A stretch of DNA of 63,067 nucleotides, counting the filler. It is 5 parts of 5 records of this genome, joined end to end, with 100 filler letters (N's around TTAATTAATTAA, not from the genome) between each part and the next. Parts side by side here need not be neighbours in the genome. Positions count along the whole stretch, not along the records: positions 1 to 27,208 come from SRR31156797_11958; 4 more parts are not named here. One strand, 5' to 3'. The notes under the pieces were generated by a model that searched no databases, was not told the DNA's origin, and saw only the letters and a list, made by a program, of their open reading frames with translations. Positions 1 through 10,482 of the stretch are shown here, piece by piece (position 1 is the stretch's first letter; every line of letters begins with the position of its first letter). Position numbers and translations under genes: made by a program.

Positions 1-277
1 TAGTGAAGCTTCTTCTGAAACCTCTTTTTAGCTTACTATCTTTTCTTCTTCGTTTTTTGTAGATGATAACTTTTTTATCTCTAGCTTCAACGATAACCTC
101 AGCTGTAACTTTTGCACTTGCTACTGATGCTCCAGTTGCTAATGCTTTCCCGTCGTTTACAGCTACTACGTCAAACTCTACTGTTTCTTTTGGCTCTTTG
201 CTAAGCTTGTCTACATTGATGATATCACCTTCAGATACCTTGTATTGCTTACCGCCAGTTTTGATAATTGCGTACAT
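1..277 (-). CDS. rplU: 50S ribosomal protein L21 (3' end truncated by window edge)
   Basis: Not in ORF track. Manual translation from ATG 277: [18 protein letters not shown]...[22 protein letters not shown], typical of L21; AGAGGA RBS upstream. Confidence 0.97.
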   Translation of the reverse strand, partial: MYAIIKTGGKQYKVSEGDIINVDKLSKEPKETVEFDVVAVNDGKALATGASVASAKVTAEVIVEARDKKVIIYKKRRRKDSKLKRGFRRSFT

Positions 278-352
278 TAGCTTTTCCTCTTTAAAATTCT
301 GAAAGCGAATCTTATCTAATTTTACTTTAAACTTTCTTTAAGTGAAACTATA

Positions 353-745
353 TTATTTGATAAAATGGTTTTCAGTAGTTGTTGCAATGATATCCATCTC
401 TATCATAGCGTTCTTTGGAAGTCCTGCAACTTCTACCGTACTTCTTACTGGTTTATGGTCTCCAAATACTTCTGCCATTATAACATTTACTACACCAAAA
501 TCATTCATATCTGTTAAATAAATATTAATTTTAACAACATCATCAAAACTCAATTTATTATCTTTTAAGATCGCTTCAAGATTAGCAAAAATCTTTCTTG
601 TTTGTTTTTTGATATCATTTTCAACCATTTCACCATTTAACTCTAATGCTATCTGACCTGAACTATATAAAAAACCATTTACCTTTACTGCTTGTGAATA
701 TGGTCCAATCGCTGCAGGTGCATTATCAGAGTGTAAGAATTCCAT
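353..745 (-). CDS. ridA: RidA/YjgF family reactive intermediate deaminase
   Basis: APAAIGPYSQAV, SGQI, PVRSTVEVAGLP motifs. Confidence 0.92.
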   Translation of the reverse strand: MEFLHSDNAPAAIGPYSQAVKVNGFLYSSGQIALELNGEMVENDIKKQTRKIFANLEAILKDNKLSFDDVVKINIYLTDMNDFGVVNVIMAEVFGDHKPVRSTVEVAGLPKNAMIEMDIIATTTENHFIK

Positions 746-806
746 CTATTGTCCTTTTAAATATTTTTGAAGCTGTAATTATACTTAAAAGTTATTAAGA
801 GATGTT

Positions 807-2435
807 TTAAATATTGATCAATTTTCCTTGCTTTAGTCGCATCAGTTTATTTTTGATATCTCGTACCTGTTTTACCTTTTGACGAAAATCGATACTCTCA
901 TCAAAATCTATCTGTTGCAATAGCTTGTTATAATAAGGAACCATTAAAATAGTGATCTGTTTTTTAAGATCTTCTGGGTTATATGATATCAATTTGTCAT
1001 TGAGCATCAAACCTCTTAAAGACTCATCATTTGGATTATTCATCAAAAGGGTAAATTCATTCATATGAGTCTCAAACATCTCACTTTTTAGCTCCTCTTT
1101 TGTTTGCTCTATAAGTTCAGGTTTATCAAGGAGTGTTTTTATGATACTTAGTTCTGCAATATCTAAATTAGAGAGATTTACTTGATTGACTCTTTGGTTT
1201 TCATAGTGTTGTACTTGGATCAATTGATTACTTACATTTAATCTTCTAGCAGCTAAGAGCTGATACTCCTCTTGTAAAATAGGTGAAAGAGTTTTTAAAA
1301 ACTCATTCACATCTTTTAAGGCTTGCTGTTTTTGTTGTGGGTTATCAAGATGATACTCCCCTACTATATGATCAATCACAAAAGGGATAAATGGAGTTGG
1401 TTTAGAGAAAATTGTATTCAACTGTTCCACTTTACCCTCTTTTACCATATCAGCAGGATCCAATCCCCCCTCAAAGATCACAACACCACCTAAAAAGTTA
1501 CTATGACTTAAAAGAAGACTTGCTTTATACGCAGCATTTCGCCCCGCATTATCCCCATCATATGCTACTATAATTTTTGGCTCACCACGTTGAAGAAGTG
1601 GAAGATGATCTTTTGTAAGAGCAGTTCCTAGAGTTGCAACTGTATTTGAAAACCCCGCTTGATGAAGCATCACTACATCAAGATACCCCTCAGTGATAAT
1701 GATCGTCTTTTGTTTATAGATTGCTTCTTTTGCAAGATTGTATCCATAAAGAAGTCTCGATTTATTAAAAAGCTTTGTTTGAGGTGAGTTTACATACTTT
1801 GCATTATGTCCTGAGATAGTTCTTCCACCAAATCCTACAAGATTTCCATTGATCGTATAGATAGGGAAAGTGATCCGCTCAATAAATCGTGCATATAAGC
1901 CATTTTGTCCACTATCTATCACTCCAAGCTCTTTGGCATCTGCTAGATTTAAAAAATTTGATTTTAGATAATTTATAGTCTCTTGCGATCCTCCAGCATA
2001 TCCCATCTCAAACTTTTCTATAGAAAAATCTGAGATTCCTCTACTTTTTAGATATTCTAATGCTGTAGTATTATGGGTAAGTTGTTTGACATAAAACTCA
2101 TTCACTTTAGAGATAAGTGATGTATCTATCTTTTTATAGTTATTCTCATATTCCAGTGTAAAGTTCACCATAGAAGCTAATTTTTCTATCGCTTCAGGAT
2201 AAGAAAGCTTCTCATATTCCATTACAAATTTAATAGAATCTCCGCCCACCCCGCAGCCAAAACAATGATATATTTGCTTCTGTGGACTTACTACAAATGA
2301 TGGAGTATCTTCCCCATGAAAAGGGCAGCAGGCTTTAAAATTAGCTCCACTTTTTTTCAGCTCAATAAACTGAGAAATTATATCAACAACATCAAGGTGA
2401 GATTTTAAGTTTTCTATGGATTGTTTAGCTATCAT
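807..2435 (-). CDS. dnaG: DNA primase
   Basis: CPFH...CFGC zinc finger, KYVNSPQT, TOPRIM motifs EGYLD and YDGD. Confidence 0.98.
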   Translation of the reverse strand: MIAKQSIENLKSHLDVVDIISQFIELKKSGANFKACCPFHGEDTPSFVVSPQKQIYHCFGCGVGGDSIKFVMEYEKLSYPEAIEKLASMVNFTLEYENNYKKIDTSLISKVNEFYVKQLTHNTTALEYLKSRGISDFSIEKFEMGYAGGSQETINYLKSNFLNLADAKELGVIDSGQNGLYARFIERITFPIYTINGNLVGFGGRTISGHNAKYVNSPQTKLFNKSRLLYGYNLAKEAIYKQKTIIITEGYLDVVMLHQAGFSNTVATLGTALTKDHLPLLQRGEPKIIVAYDGDNAGRNAAYKASLLLSHSNFLGGVVIFEGGLDPADMVKEGKVEQLNTIFSKPTPFIPFVIDHIVGEYHLDNPQQKQQALKDVNEFLKTLSPILQEEYQLLAARRLNVSNQLIQVQHYENQRVNQVNLSNLDIAELSIIKTLLDKPELIEQTKEELKSEMFETHMNEFTLLMNNPNDESLRGLMLNDKLISYNPEDLKKQITILMVPYYNKLLQQIDFDESIDFRQKVKQVRDIKNKLMRLKQGKLINI

Positions 2436-2487
2436 TTATAAATGAATATTATCATTATATCCCTTTAACTCAACAATAAAAATATGA

Positions 2488-2952
2488 TTACTTTTGCTCA
2501 ATGATCTCCACATCATCTTCTACTCTATTTTCCCTTTTCCCAAATACTTTTTGTACATTAAGAACTTGATTTCTATCTACTAAACAGGTCATAGTCTCTT
2601 CAGATAAAGAGCCTTGTGAAGGATCTGAGACAGGGATCTTAAAGGTTACTTCCATATATTTCATTTTTCTTACCAAATACATAACCCAAAGAGATAAGAG
2701 TATAATGACTAAAATGATCACTGAGCCTAAAATCAGAGTAAGACTCACTTCATTTTGATTTCCATCTTCAATACCACCTAAAAAAGCCACTCGTACAGAC
2801 AAAAGAAGTAACCCTATAATAGCTATAAATATTCCAAGTAATAATCTGGCGCTTTTGATATCCCACTGCTTTTGTTTAATAAAATCAACATATTTCCATG
2901 TAAAAACGATTGATATTAAAATATATGTAATAAATAAAATAACAGTTAACAT
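2488..2952 (-). CDS. Hypothetical membrane protein (about 3 TM helices)
   Basis: 154-aa ORF with hydrophobic stretches; AAGG RBS. Confidence 0.6.
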   Translation of the reverse strand: MLTVILFITYILISIVFTWKYVDFIKQKQWDIKSARLLLGIFIAIIGLLLLSVRVAFLGGIEDGNQNEVSLTLILGSVIILVIILLSLWVMYLVRKMKYMEVTFKIPVSDPSQGSLSEETMTCLVDRNQVLNVQKVFGKRENRVEDDVEIIEQK

Positions 2953-3076
2953 TTTTGAACCTTTTTTCTTAATATTTTATTTTACAATGTTTCCTCTGAT
3001 ATTTATCAAAAGCCACAGTATATTTATATAAAATATATTATAATCACTGTACTTTATTAATATAGGAACTTGCGCT

Positions 3077-3502
3077 ATGGATAAAAAAATAGTAGGACGT
3101 AGAGAACTTATTTCGATCATAGATCTTGAACTAAATGACCTTGATGCAAAGGTTGACACAGGAGCAGATTCAAATGCACTTCATTGTGATCATATTGAGA
3201 TATCTGAAGATGAACAAAGTGTGAGTTTTACACTGCTAGATGAAGTACATGAAGCTTATCATGGGAAAAGGATGACTTTTCCACTTTATACGATAAAAAA
3301 AGTAAAAAGCTCCAATGGGCAATTGCAACTTCGACCATCTATCAAAGTAAGTATTGAGTTTTTTGGAAAAAAATATAAAAGTGTGATATCTTTAACAGAT
3401 AGATCAGATATGAAGTTTCCAATGCTCATTGGAAGAAAGTTTTTAAGTGGACGTTTTTTAGTAGATGTGAGCCAAGAAAATTTAGGGACAAAAAAGGATT
3501 AA
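3077..3502 (+). CDS. RimK-associated retropepsin-like aspartic protease (RimB / 'ATP-dependent zinc protease' family), cytoplasmic
   Basis: [28 protein letters not shown] motifs; directly upstream of rimK. Confidence 0.9.
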   Translation: MDKKIVGRRELISIIDLELNDLDAKVDTGADSNALHCDHIEISEDEQSVSFTLLDEVHEAYHGKRMTFPLYTIKKVKSSNGQLQLRPSIKVSIEFFGKKYKSVISLTDRSDMKFPMLIGRKFLSGRFLVDVSQENLGTKKD

Positions 3503-3503
3503 A

Positions 3504-4439
3504 ATGAGAGTCTATATATTATCAAGAAATGCAAATCTTTATTCAACAAAAAGGCTTGTTGAAGCTGCTGAGCAAAAAGGTTGGGAAGTTCGTGTTATAG
3601 ACTATTTAAAATGTGCTATTGAGATTATGAAAGGGGAGCTTATGATAAGCTACAAAGGTGAAAACCTCCCTGTTCCTGATGCTATTATTCCAAGAATTGG
3701 AGCGAGTAGAACATTTTATGGAACTGCTATGGTAAGACACTTTGAGATGATGGATGTATTTAGTGTCTCTGGAAGCTTAGCGATTTCAAGAAGTAGAGAT
3801 AAGCTTCGAAGTTTACAAATCTTATCAAAACATGGTGTCGATATGCCTAAAACTATTTTTGCATCAAATAAATCAACTGCAAAAGATGTGATAGCACTTA
3901 GTGGTGGTGCTCCACTTGTATTAAAGATCCTAGAGGGAACTCAAGGGGTTGGAGTGGTTTTAGTAGATAGTGAAAAAGCAGCAAAATCAGTCCTAGATGC
4001 CTTTTATGGAATGGATGTAAACTTATTGGTTCAAGAGTTTATTGAAGAAGCTGGTGGTGCAGATATTCGAGCACTTGTTGTAAATGGTGAAGTGGTTGGA
4101 GCTATGAAGCGTCAAGGTGCTGAGGGGGATTTTCGATCAAACTTGCACCAAGGTGGAAGTGCAACTGCATATAAACTAACAAGAAAAGAAAAAAGCACGG
4201 CAATAGCCGCTGCAAAAGCAATGGGTCTTGGAGTGTGTGGAGTAGATATGATACCATCAAGTAGAGGACCACTTGTAATGGAAGTAAACTCATCTCCAGG
4301 CTTAGAGGGGATAGAGAAATCAACAGGGATCGATATCGCTGGAAAGATCATGGAGCATATTGAAAACAATGTAACACCACTTACTCCTGATACTCCAAAG
4401 AAAAAACGAAGAGTAAAGAAAGATACTATTGGTGCGTAG
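3504..4439 (+). CDS. rimK: RimK ATP-grasp alpha-L-glutamate ligase
   Basis: [49 protein letters not shown]. Confidence 0.96.
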   Translation: MRVYILSRNANLYSTKRLVEAAEQKGWEVRVIDYLKCAIEIMKGELMISYKGENLPVPDAIIPRIGASRTFYGTAMVRHFEMMDVFSVSGSLAISRSRDKLRSLQILSKHGVDMPKTIFASNKSTAKDVIALSGGAPLVLKILEGTQGVGVVLVDSEKAAKSVLDAFYGMDVNLLVQEFIEEAGGADIRALVVNGEVVGAMKRQGAEGDFRSNLHQGGSATAYKLTRKEKSTAIAAAKAMGLGVCGVDMIPSSRGPLVMEVNSSPGLEGIEKSTGIDIAGKIMEHIENNVTPLTPDTPKKKRRVKKDTIGA

Positions 4440-5486
4440 ATGAAAGATCCTTTGATCATAGGGGGAGTCAATATCCCCAAAGGTCGTGAGACAAAACTCA
4501 ATCTTGAACTTCCAAAACTTTATAATACTCCCACCCAAATCCCTATACGAATCATCCGTGGAAGGAAAGAGGGTCCAGTAGTTTTTATAAGTGCTGCGAT
4601 TCATGGGGATGAGCTTAATGGTATTGAGATCATTAGACGAGTTCAAAAATTAAAGATACTTAAAAAACTTAGAGGGACACTTATTTTTGTTCCTATTGTA
4701 AATATTTATGGAGTTCTTACTCTCTCACGATACCTACCAGATAGGCGTGATCTTAATCGTAGTTTTCCTGGAAGTACCAAAGGCTCACTAGCGAGTAGGA
4801 TCTCAAAGATATTTTTTGATGAGATAGTATGTAAATGTGATCTTGGGATCGATCTCCATACAGGAGCAATTCATAAATCAAATCTTCCTCAAGTAAGAGT
4901 GAATACAAAAGATGAATCTGTTCTTAAACTTGCTAAAGCTTTTGAAGCCCCAGTCGTACTTCACTCAGAACTTCGTGATGGATCTTTACGATCAGTTGCA
5001 GGGGAAAATAATGTTCCTGTAATCTTATACGAAGCAGGTGAAGCTTTACGTTTTGATGAAAAATCTATACGTATAGGGGTAAAAGGGATTGTTAATGTTC
5101 TAAGAGAGTTTGGACTTTTGACAAAAACTATTAGAAAAAGAGCTCCTAAAATCCCAATTATCACAAAACAAAGCAGTTGGATACGAGCAACCCATGGAGG
5201 GATCATACGAACTATTAAAGCTTTAGGAGATACTGTAAAAAAAGATGATCTTATTGCATATATTGATGAGCCTTTTAATGATGAGACCTATGAGATCCGT
5301 TCTTTATTTGATGGGATCATTATAGGAAAAAGTGAGATCCCTTTAGTTCAAGAGGGTGATGCGGTTTTTCATATTGCTAAATTTGGAAACTTAGAGATGG
5401 CAGAGAATAAGATAGAATATTTCAATGAAAACTTAATTGAACATAGTGAATTTATGGAACTAAATGATGAAGAGATGATTGAGTAG
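4440..5486 (+). CDS. Succinylglutamate desuccinylase/aspartoacylase (M14-like) family hydrolase
   Basis: IHGDELNG, DLNRSFPG, IDLHTG, YEAGE. Confidence 0.92.
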   Translation: MKDPLIIGGVNIPKGRETKLNLELPKLYNTPTQIPIRIIRGRKEGPVVFISAAIHGDELNGIEIIRRVQKLKILKKLRGTLIFVPIVNIYGVLTLSRYLPDRRDLNRSFPGSTKGSLASRISKIFFDEIVCKCDLGIDLHTGAIHKSNLPQVRVNTKDESVLKLAKAFEAPVVLHSELRDGSLRSVAGENNVPVILYEAGEALRFDEKSIRIGVKGIVNVLREFGLLTKTIRKRAPKIPIITKQSSWIRATHGGIIRTIKALGDTVKKDDLIAYIDEPFNDETYEIRSLFDGIIIGKSEIPLVQEGDAVFHIAKFGNLEMAENKIEYFNENLIEHSEFMELNDEEMIE

Positions 5487-5505
5487 ATAGCTGTGGAATG
5501 AGACA

Positions 5506-5973
5506 TTGATTAAAAAAATAAAAAAAAACAACTATATTAACAATCTTTTAGAAAAATACAATATCCCTAAAGAATATACCTCTTTGGATAAAAAGATGTT
5601 ATCACGTGGTGTTTTTTTAGGGCTTTTTATCGCAATGATCCCTATGCCTGCTCAAATGATAGCAGTATTAGCTTTTACCTTTGTGGGAAAATTTAATTTT
5701 CCAGTTGCTATTGCAATGTGTTGGATAACAAATCCATTTACCATGCCATTTATCTATTTTATAGAGTATAAAACAGGAGCTTTTTTATTAGGACTTGATT
5801 CACTTCATGTTGAGCTTACCATTGCATGGTTTGAAAATAACTTGGAGAGTATCTTACTCCCTTTATATTTTGGAGCACTTTTTTACTCTACTGTTTTATC
5901 TACAATGGCATATTATGGTATCAACCTCTATTGGAGAGGGAAATTGTATTATTTAAAAAGATCAAGGAAATAA
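5506..5973 (+). CDS. DUF2062 family membrane protein
   Basis: GLFIAMIPMPAQM and WITNPFT motifs. Confidence 0.8.
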   Translation: MIKKIKKNNYINNLLEKYNIPKEYTSLDKKMLSRGVFLGLFIAMIPMPAQMIAVLAFTFVGKFNFPVAIAMCWITNPFTMPFIYFIEYKTGAFLLGLDSLHVELTIAWFENNLESILLPLYFGALFYSTVLSTMAYYGINLYWRGKLYYLKRSRK

Positions 5974-5974
5974 C

Positions 5975-7012
5975 ATGGATATTTTTTACGATATCTTAAA
6001 ACAACTTATTAGAGTCCCTAGTGTTGTTGGAGCTGAACACCCATTTTTTGTAACACTTAAACGTGAACTTGAAGAGCTGGAGCTTTCAGTGGAATATTAT
6101 GATGGGGTATTAGTAGCAAAAGGGAGTGAGCCTAATAGTGGATTTCTCTCAGCTCACTCAGATCGTCATGGACTTATCTGTACAGGACATAATGAGTTCC
6201 AATATGCTGCATATATAGCTAAAAACCAAGCAGATCTTTTAGGAAACTCAAACTCAGAACAGCTATTGAAAAACTTCTCTATGCGATTTGTAGATCAAAA
6301 AGTGCAAGCCTATGAGCCTTGGTCTGGAAGTTATCTAGGAATTGGAACTATAAAAGACGCATTTTTGTGTGAGAGAAGAAATAATATCATCTTTAAAATA
6401 GATAACTTTGATCATCTTTTTCCTGGGACTCCTATAGCTTTTATCGATAAATTAGACCTCTCAAATGATGGCTTAGTGAGTGCTCAACTTGATAATGTGA
6501 TCTCTGTAGCACTTATTTTGTATATGTATTCAATAGGCTATAAAGGGACTGCATTTTTTACAGCAAGTGAAGAGGCTGGAAAAAGCTGGAGATTTTTACT
6601 AGAATATTTTAGACGTCTTGATATCTCTACAAATGAGCTTTTGGTACTTGATACGAGTCCTTATCCAAGTATCGATGATATCAATCATCTTGATATCGTG
6701 CTACGAAATAGAGATGAAAATGGGTATTTTCGCTCACCTTTAAAAAGTAAGATCAAAAAAATAGCTCTTGAAAATAAGATCAATTATCACTATAAAGATG
6801 CGTATTTAAAAAACAAATACACCTCTGAGGGGATAAAAGGCTCTTTAGGGGTGACTGAATTAGGTCGTATCATCAAAGCAACAAAAGGAAATATCCAAGG
6901 GACAACTCTACAGTTTCCAACCATTGGATACCATACTGTTGAAGAAACTACGACTCAAAGATCCATTGAGATGATCATAAAAATACTCTCATCTTTATAT
7001 TTAGAAGATTAG
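5975..7012 (+). CDS. M42/M28-type zinc metallopeptidase
   Basis: SAHSDRHG, SAQLDN, EEAG, GYHT metal-ligand pattern. Confidence 0.85.
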   Translation: MDIFYDILKQLIRVPSVVGAEHPFFVTLKRELEELELSVEYYDGVLVAKGSEPNSGFLSAHSDRHGLICTGHNEFQYAAYIAKNQADLLGNSNSEQLLKNFSMRFVDQKVQAYEPWSGSYLGIGTIKDAFLCERRNNIIFKIDNFDHLFPGTPIAFIDKLDLSNDGLVSAQLDNVISVALILYMYSIGYKGTAFFTASEEAGKSWRFLLEYFRRLDISTNELLVLDTSPYPSIDDINHLDIVLRNRDENGYFRSPLKSKIKKIALENKINYHYKDAYLKNKYTSEGIKGSLGVTELGRIIKATKGNIQGTTLQFPTIGYHTVEETTTQRSIEMIIKILSSLYLED

Positions 7013-7524
7013 ATATATTTTTTCTTTTTCCTAATAGGTTCATTGATATTCATAATAGGCTTTTGTAAAAACAAACTATTAGGATAAAGTATCTTATTTC
7101 CATCTTCATCTAAAATCTCTATATGAAAAAGAGCGATCTCTACGATCTCCCCTTTTATAGAGTTATCTCCATCCATGATCTTTATTTTATCTCCTACACG
7201 AGCGGGAAAAGTAAAAAAGATAATAATACTTGAAGTAAGATTGCTTAAAATTGACCACTGGGCAAAGAGTGCCATACCAATCACAGCAAATATAGAAGAT
7301 GCGAGTACTGTTACTCCACCTAGTTCTACATTCCATACGATTGCAAGAGTAATAAGAGCTAAAAAGTAGATAATAAAATGGGCAAACTTTATCACATAAT
7401 AGACTCTTTTTTGAATCACTTTTTTCCTCTCTCCACTTGAACTGATAAAATAATTCGAAGATCGAAGCAAGACAATGGTAATAGCCACTACAATAAGAGA
7501 TAAAATTAGATTTGTTGTTAACAT
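7009..7524 (-). CDS. Small MscS-family mechanosensitive channel
   Basis: 3 TM helices, FAQWSILSN, RVGDKI, YPNS. Confidence 0.88.
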   Translation of the reverse strand: MLTTNLILSLIVVAITIVLLRSSNYFISSSGERKKVIQKRVYYVIKFAHFIIYFLALITLAIVWNVELGGVTVLASSIFAVIGMALFAQWSILSNLTSSIIIFFTFPARVGDKIKIMDGDNSIKGEIVEIALFHIEILDEDGNKILYPNSLFLQKPIMNINEPIRKKKKYI

Positions 7525-7585
7525 TTTTGAACCTATATTTTTAAAAATTTGATATAATTATACAATAACTTAAATAGGATTTCTT

Positions 7586-8947
7586 TTGAAAATAGGTATT
7601 AGTCTCATCGTTTTAATTTTTTTTAGCTTTTCATATGCTCAAATAAAACTTCCTAGCTCTGATAACACTTGGTTAAAAACTTATCAAAACTATAAAAATT
7701 ATAACACTATCATCTCAAATATCTCAAGACTAGAGCAACGAATAAAAAAAATAAAAAACAACTCTTCTGAATATGAGATCCTCTCAAATAGACTCAATAT
7801 CAATAGATCAAAACTTACCCTTTATGAAAAAAATAAAAGCTTCGATAATCTACTGATCAGATATAAATATGAAATCCCTGAGATCACTTTAAGAGAATAT
7901 ATTTTTAAAAACTCTTATACTAACTTAGAAAAACTTCTAGCGAAATATATACTAGAAAAAAACCAATTTTACCTAGCACGCTCAACTATAGAAAATATCT
8001 ATAAAGATACTTTAGCACAAAATGGTGAGCTTAAAAATATATCACAATTAAAAAGTGATATCGAATACTTTAATGAATACTCAGAAAATATTGAAAAGAT
8101 CCATCAAAACCTCCTTGAAGTTAAAAATGACTTTAATAAAAAACTTGATGAGTATGAAAATGAAGTGCTTATCAAACATATCTTTACTATAGCAGTAATT
8201 TTTGGATTTTTTATTCTTTATAAACTTTTAAGCTTTATCTTTCGAAATACTCATCCAAACTACCAAAAGTTTTTATCATTAGCTTTTGTAGTGACAACTA
8301 TTCTTTTTTTACTTATACGATATATTGATGATTTTATCTATATCGTCACTTTTTTAAGTGTGATTGCAGCAGCTCTTACCATTGCTACAAGAGAGATCAT
8401 TTTAAATATAGCAGGCTCTATCTATATCTTTTTTAGTAATGTGGTTAAGGTTGGTGATAGGGTGATGGTGCAATTTGAGACAAAACATACTATTGGAGAT
8501 ATTCAAAATATCTCCATGATCAAAATGAAACTCCAAGAGGTCACAGACTATACCAATCTTAAAGAGGTAAAAACTGTAGGACGAACTATCTATATTCCAA
8601 ATAGCTATATTTTTACAAAAGTGTTTTATAACTATAGTAGTAAAAAAGATGGACTGATCAATGATCTTTTAGAGTTTGAATTTGATGTGGATAATAACTT
8701 TATTTTAATTGAAGAGCTTGTTCAAACTACTTTAGAAAAACTACAAATAGAATATACTTTAAACTTCACTCTCAATGCTACAAAAACAGCAATATTAGGA
8801 ATACTCTCATATAAAATACACTATAAAGAAGCAGCATCAAAAAGAGGTGAGCTTTCTATTTTACTTTTAAAAGAGTTTACAGAACATCCTCTTATTAAAC
8901 TAAAAAGTAGTAAAAAGCCAGTAAAAACAAATGAGGATGAAGAATGA
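7586..8947 (+). CDS. MscS-family channel with N-terminal periplasmic coiled-coil region
   Basis: Signal peptide, coiled coil, TM helices, VKVGDRV, IYIPNS. Confidence 0.82.
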   Translation: MKIGISLIVLIFFSFSYAQIKLPSSDNTWLKTYQNYKNYNTIISNISRLEQRIKKIKNNSSEYEILSNRLNINRSKLTLYEKNKSFDNLLIRYKYEIPEITLREYIFKNSYTNLEKLLAKYILEKNQFYLARSTIENIYKDTLAQNGELKNISQLKSDIEYFNEYSENIEKIHQNLLEVKNDFNKKLDEYENEVLIKHIFTIAVIFGFFILYKLLSFIFRNTHPNYQKFLSLAFVVTTILFLLIRYIDDFIYIVTFLSVIAAALTIATREIILNIAGSIYIFFSNVVKVGDRVMVQFETKHTIGDIQNISMIKMKLQEVTDYTNLKEVKTVGRTIYIPNSYIFTKVFYNYSSKKDGLINDLLEFEFDVDNNFILIEELVQTTLEKLQIEYTLNFTLNATKTAILGILSYKIHYKEAASKRGELSILLLKEFTEHPLIKLKSSKKPVKTNEDEE

Positions 8948-9438
8948 AAACACTTCTTTTTCTCATCCTTTTATCTTTTAGCCTTTTTGCAGATAAGATC
9001 ATCGTAGGAAAATTTGAAAGAATCACATTAAAAGAGTTTGGTCTCAAAGAGCTTCGTGCAAAAGTTGATACAGGAGCAAAAACCTCATCGATCCATTGTA
9101 GTGTTATTATGCCCATACAAAATGATCGAGTAGCTTTTGTTTTACTTGATGGAGATCATAAAAAATTCAAACCAAAAATGCATACAGCAAAGATATCACG
9201 GATCTCTGAAGTAAAAAGTAGTAATGGAAAAGCTCAAAAAAGATATTTTATAAAAACAACTATTACATTGTTAGACAAAGAGTATCATACAGAATTTTCT
9301 TTAACCAATAGAGGAAGTATGCGTTTTCCTATTTTACTTGGAAGAAGCCTTTTAAAAGAAGGCTTCTTAGTAGATGTGACAAAAAAATATTCAAATGAAA
9401 AAATAGAAAAACCTATCGAAACTTCTCATATAAATTAG
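8944..9438 (+). CDS. Second RimB-like retropepsin protease, with signal peptide
   Basis: MKTLLFLILLSFSLFA leader; AKVDTGA, VKSSNG, LTNRGSMRFPILLGR. Confidence 0.88.
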   Translation: MKTLLFLILLSFSLFADKIIVGKFERITLKEFGLKELRAKVDTGAKTSSIHCSVIMPIQNDRVAFVLLDGDHKKFKPKMHTAKISRISEVKSSNGKAQKRYFIKTTITLLDKEYHTEFSLTNRGSMRFPILLGRSLLKEGFLVDVTKKYSNEKIEKPIETSHIN

Positions 9439-10060
9439 TTTTCTCTTTTACGATCTGTACATTATTTTGATACACTTTAACTTTAAATTTTTTATACAGC
9501 TTATACTGGATCATAATAGCGATCAATCCTAAAAGTGCACAATAGACTAAAAGAGTTTTTAACTCCACATCAAAATAATCAAACATCATCGCACTAATAC
9601 TTCCAAACACAATAGCAATTGAGATCATAAAAGATCGAAGCATCAAATAATCTTTTAGCTCAATCGCCTCATCTTGCATAAAATCTACCGTATGGATCCT
9701 TGCTATCTCAAAAGTTACTGCTTGAAGAGTAAAGATACTTAAGATCACATAGGTAAAAACCACAATATCTACATCAACAAAACCATAACTACTAATCTGT
9801 AAAATATCTAAAACTATTGTAAACATATAGATATTATATATTTTTATATGCTTAAATAGAGGCTGGACAATCCCATCAAGTGCCCCTAAAAGCATAAAAA
9901 AACTGATCATAAATACAGGCAGATATAACCCTTCAAGTTTGGTAATATAAGGGATCAAGGTCCAATCTATATAGGTCACTAAAAAAAGAGTTACCGACTG
10001 TAAATATAAAAAATAGGAGTTTTTTACCTCTAAAAACAGTTTCTCATAATGACTGAACAT
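9413..10060 (-). CDS. Hypothetical membrane protein, about 6 TM (half-MFS-like)
   Basis: Six hydrophobic segments; translationally coupled to GNAT gene. Confidence 0.6.
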   Translation of the reverse strand: MFSHYEKLFLEVKNSYFLYLQSVTLFLVTYIDWTLIPYITKLEGLYLPVFMISFFMLLGALDGIVQPLFKHIKIYNIYMFTIVLDILQISSYGFVDVDIVVFTYVILSIFTLQAVTFEIARIHTVDFMQDEAIELKDYLMLRSFMISIAIVFGSISAMMFDYFDVELKTLLVYCALLGLIAIMIQYKLYKKFKVKVYQNNVQIVKEKTNLYEKFR

Positions 10061-10482
10061 TATTTCCCTTTCACCATGAGATATCCATCTATAGTATTGG
10101 GATAAAAATCTTTTAAAAGTTTTTTAATCTTAAATCCAAACTTTTTGTACAGCTCTATCGCTTTTTGATTACTCACTTTTACTTCTAACTGATATCTAGG
10201 AAAAGGTAACTTTTGAAATGAAAATCTCAATAGCTCTTTTGATATCCCTTTGCCTTGATGCTTAGAATCTACACAAAGTGAATAAAGCCTATAATAGTTT
10301 TTTCGTTTTAACCATAAGATATAAGCGATAATCTCTCCATCTTGCTCGTACACAAAAAGCATGCTTTTTTTAATATGATAATAAAAAGAGTTCAAACTTA
10401 TCCCAAAATCCTCTTTTGAAAATAGTGAGCTTTCTAAGATAAAAAGCCCACTTGCATCAAAGGTTCTAGCCCCTCTTATCAT
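10060..10482 (-). CDS. GNAT acetyltransferase (RimI-like)
   Basis: HQGKGIS acetyl-CoA motif; LEVKVSNQKAIELYKKFGF. Confidence 0.9.
   Translation of the reverse strand: MIRGARTFDASGLFILESSLFSKEDFGISLNSFYYHIKKSMLFVYEQDGEIIAYILWLKRKNYYRLYSLCVDSKHQGKGISKELLRFSFQKLPFPRYQLEVKVSNQKAIELYKKFGFKIKKLLKDFYPNTIDGYLMVKGK

Noticed and set aside
63-302. 79-aa plus-strand ORF
   Set aside because: Antisense shadow of rplU.
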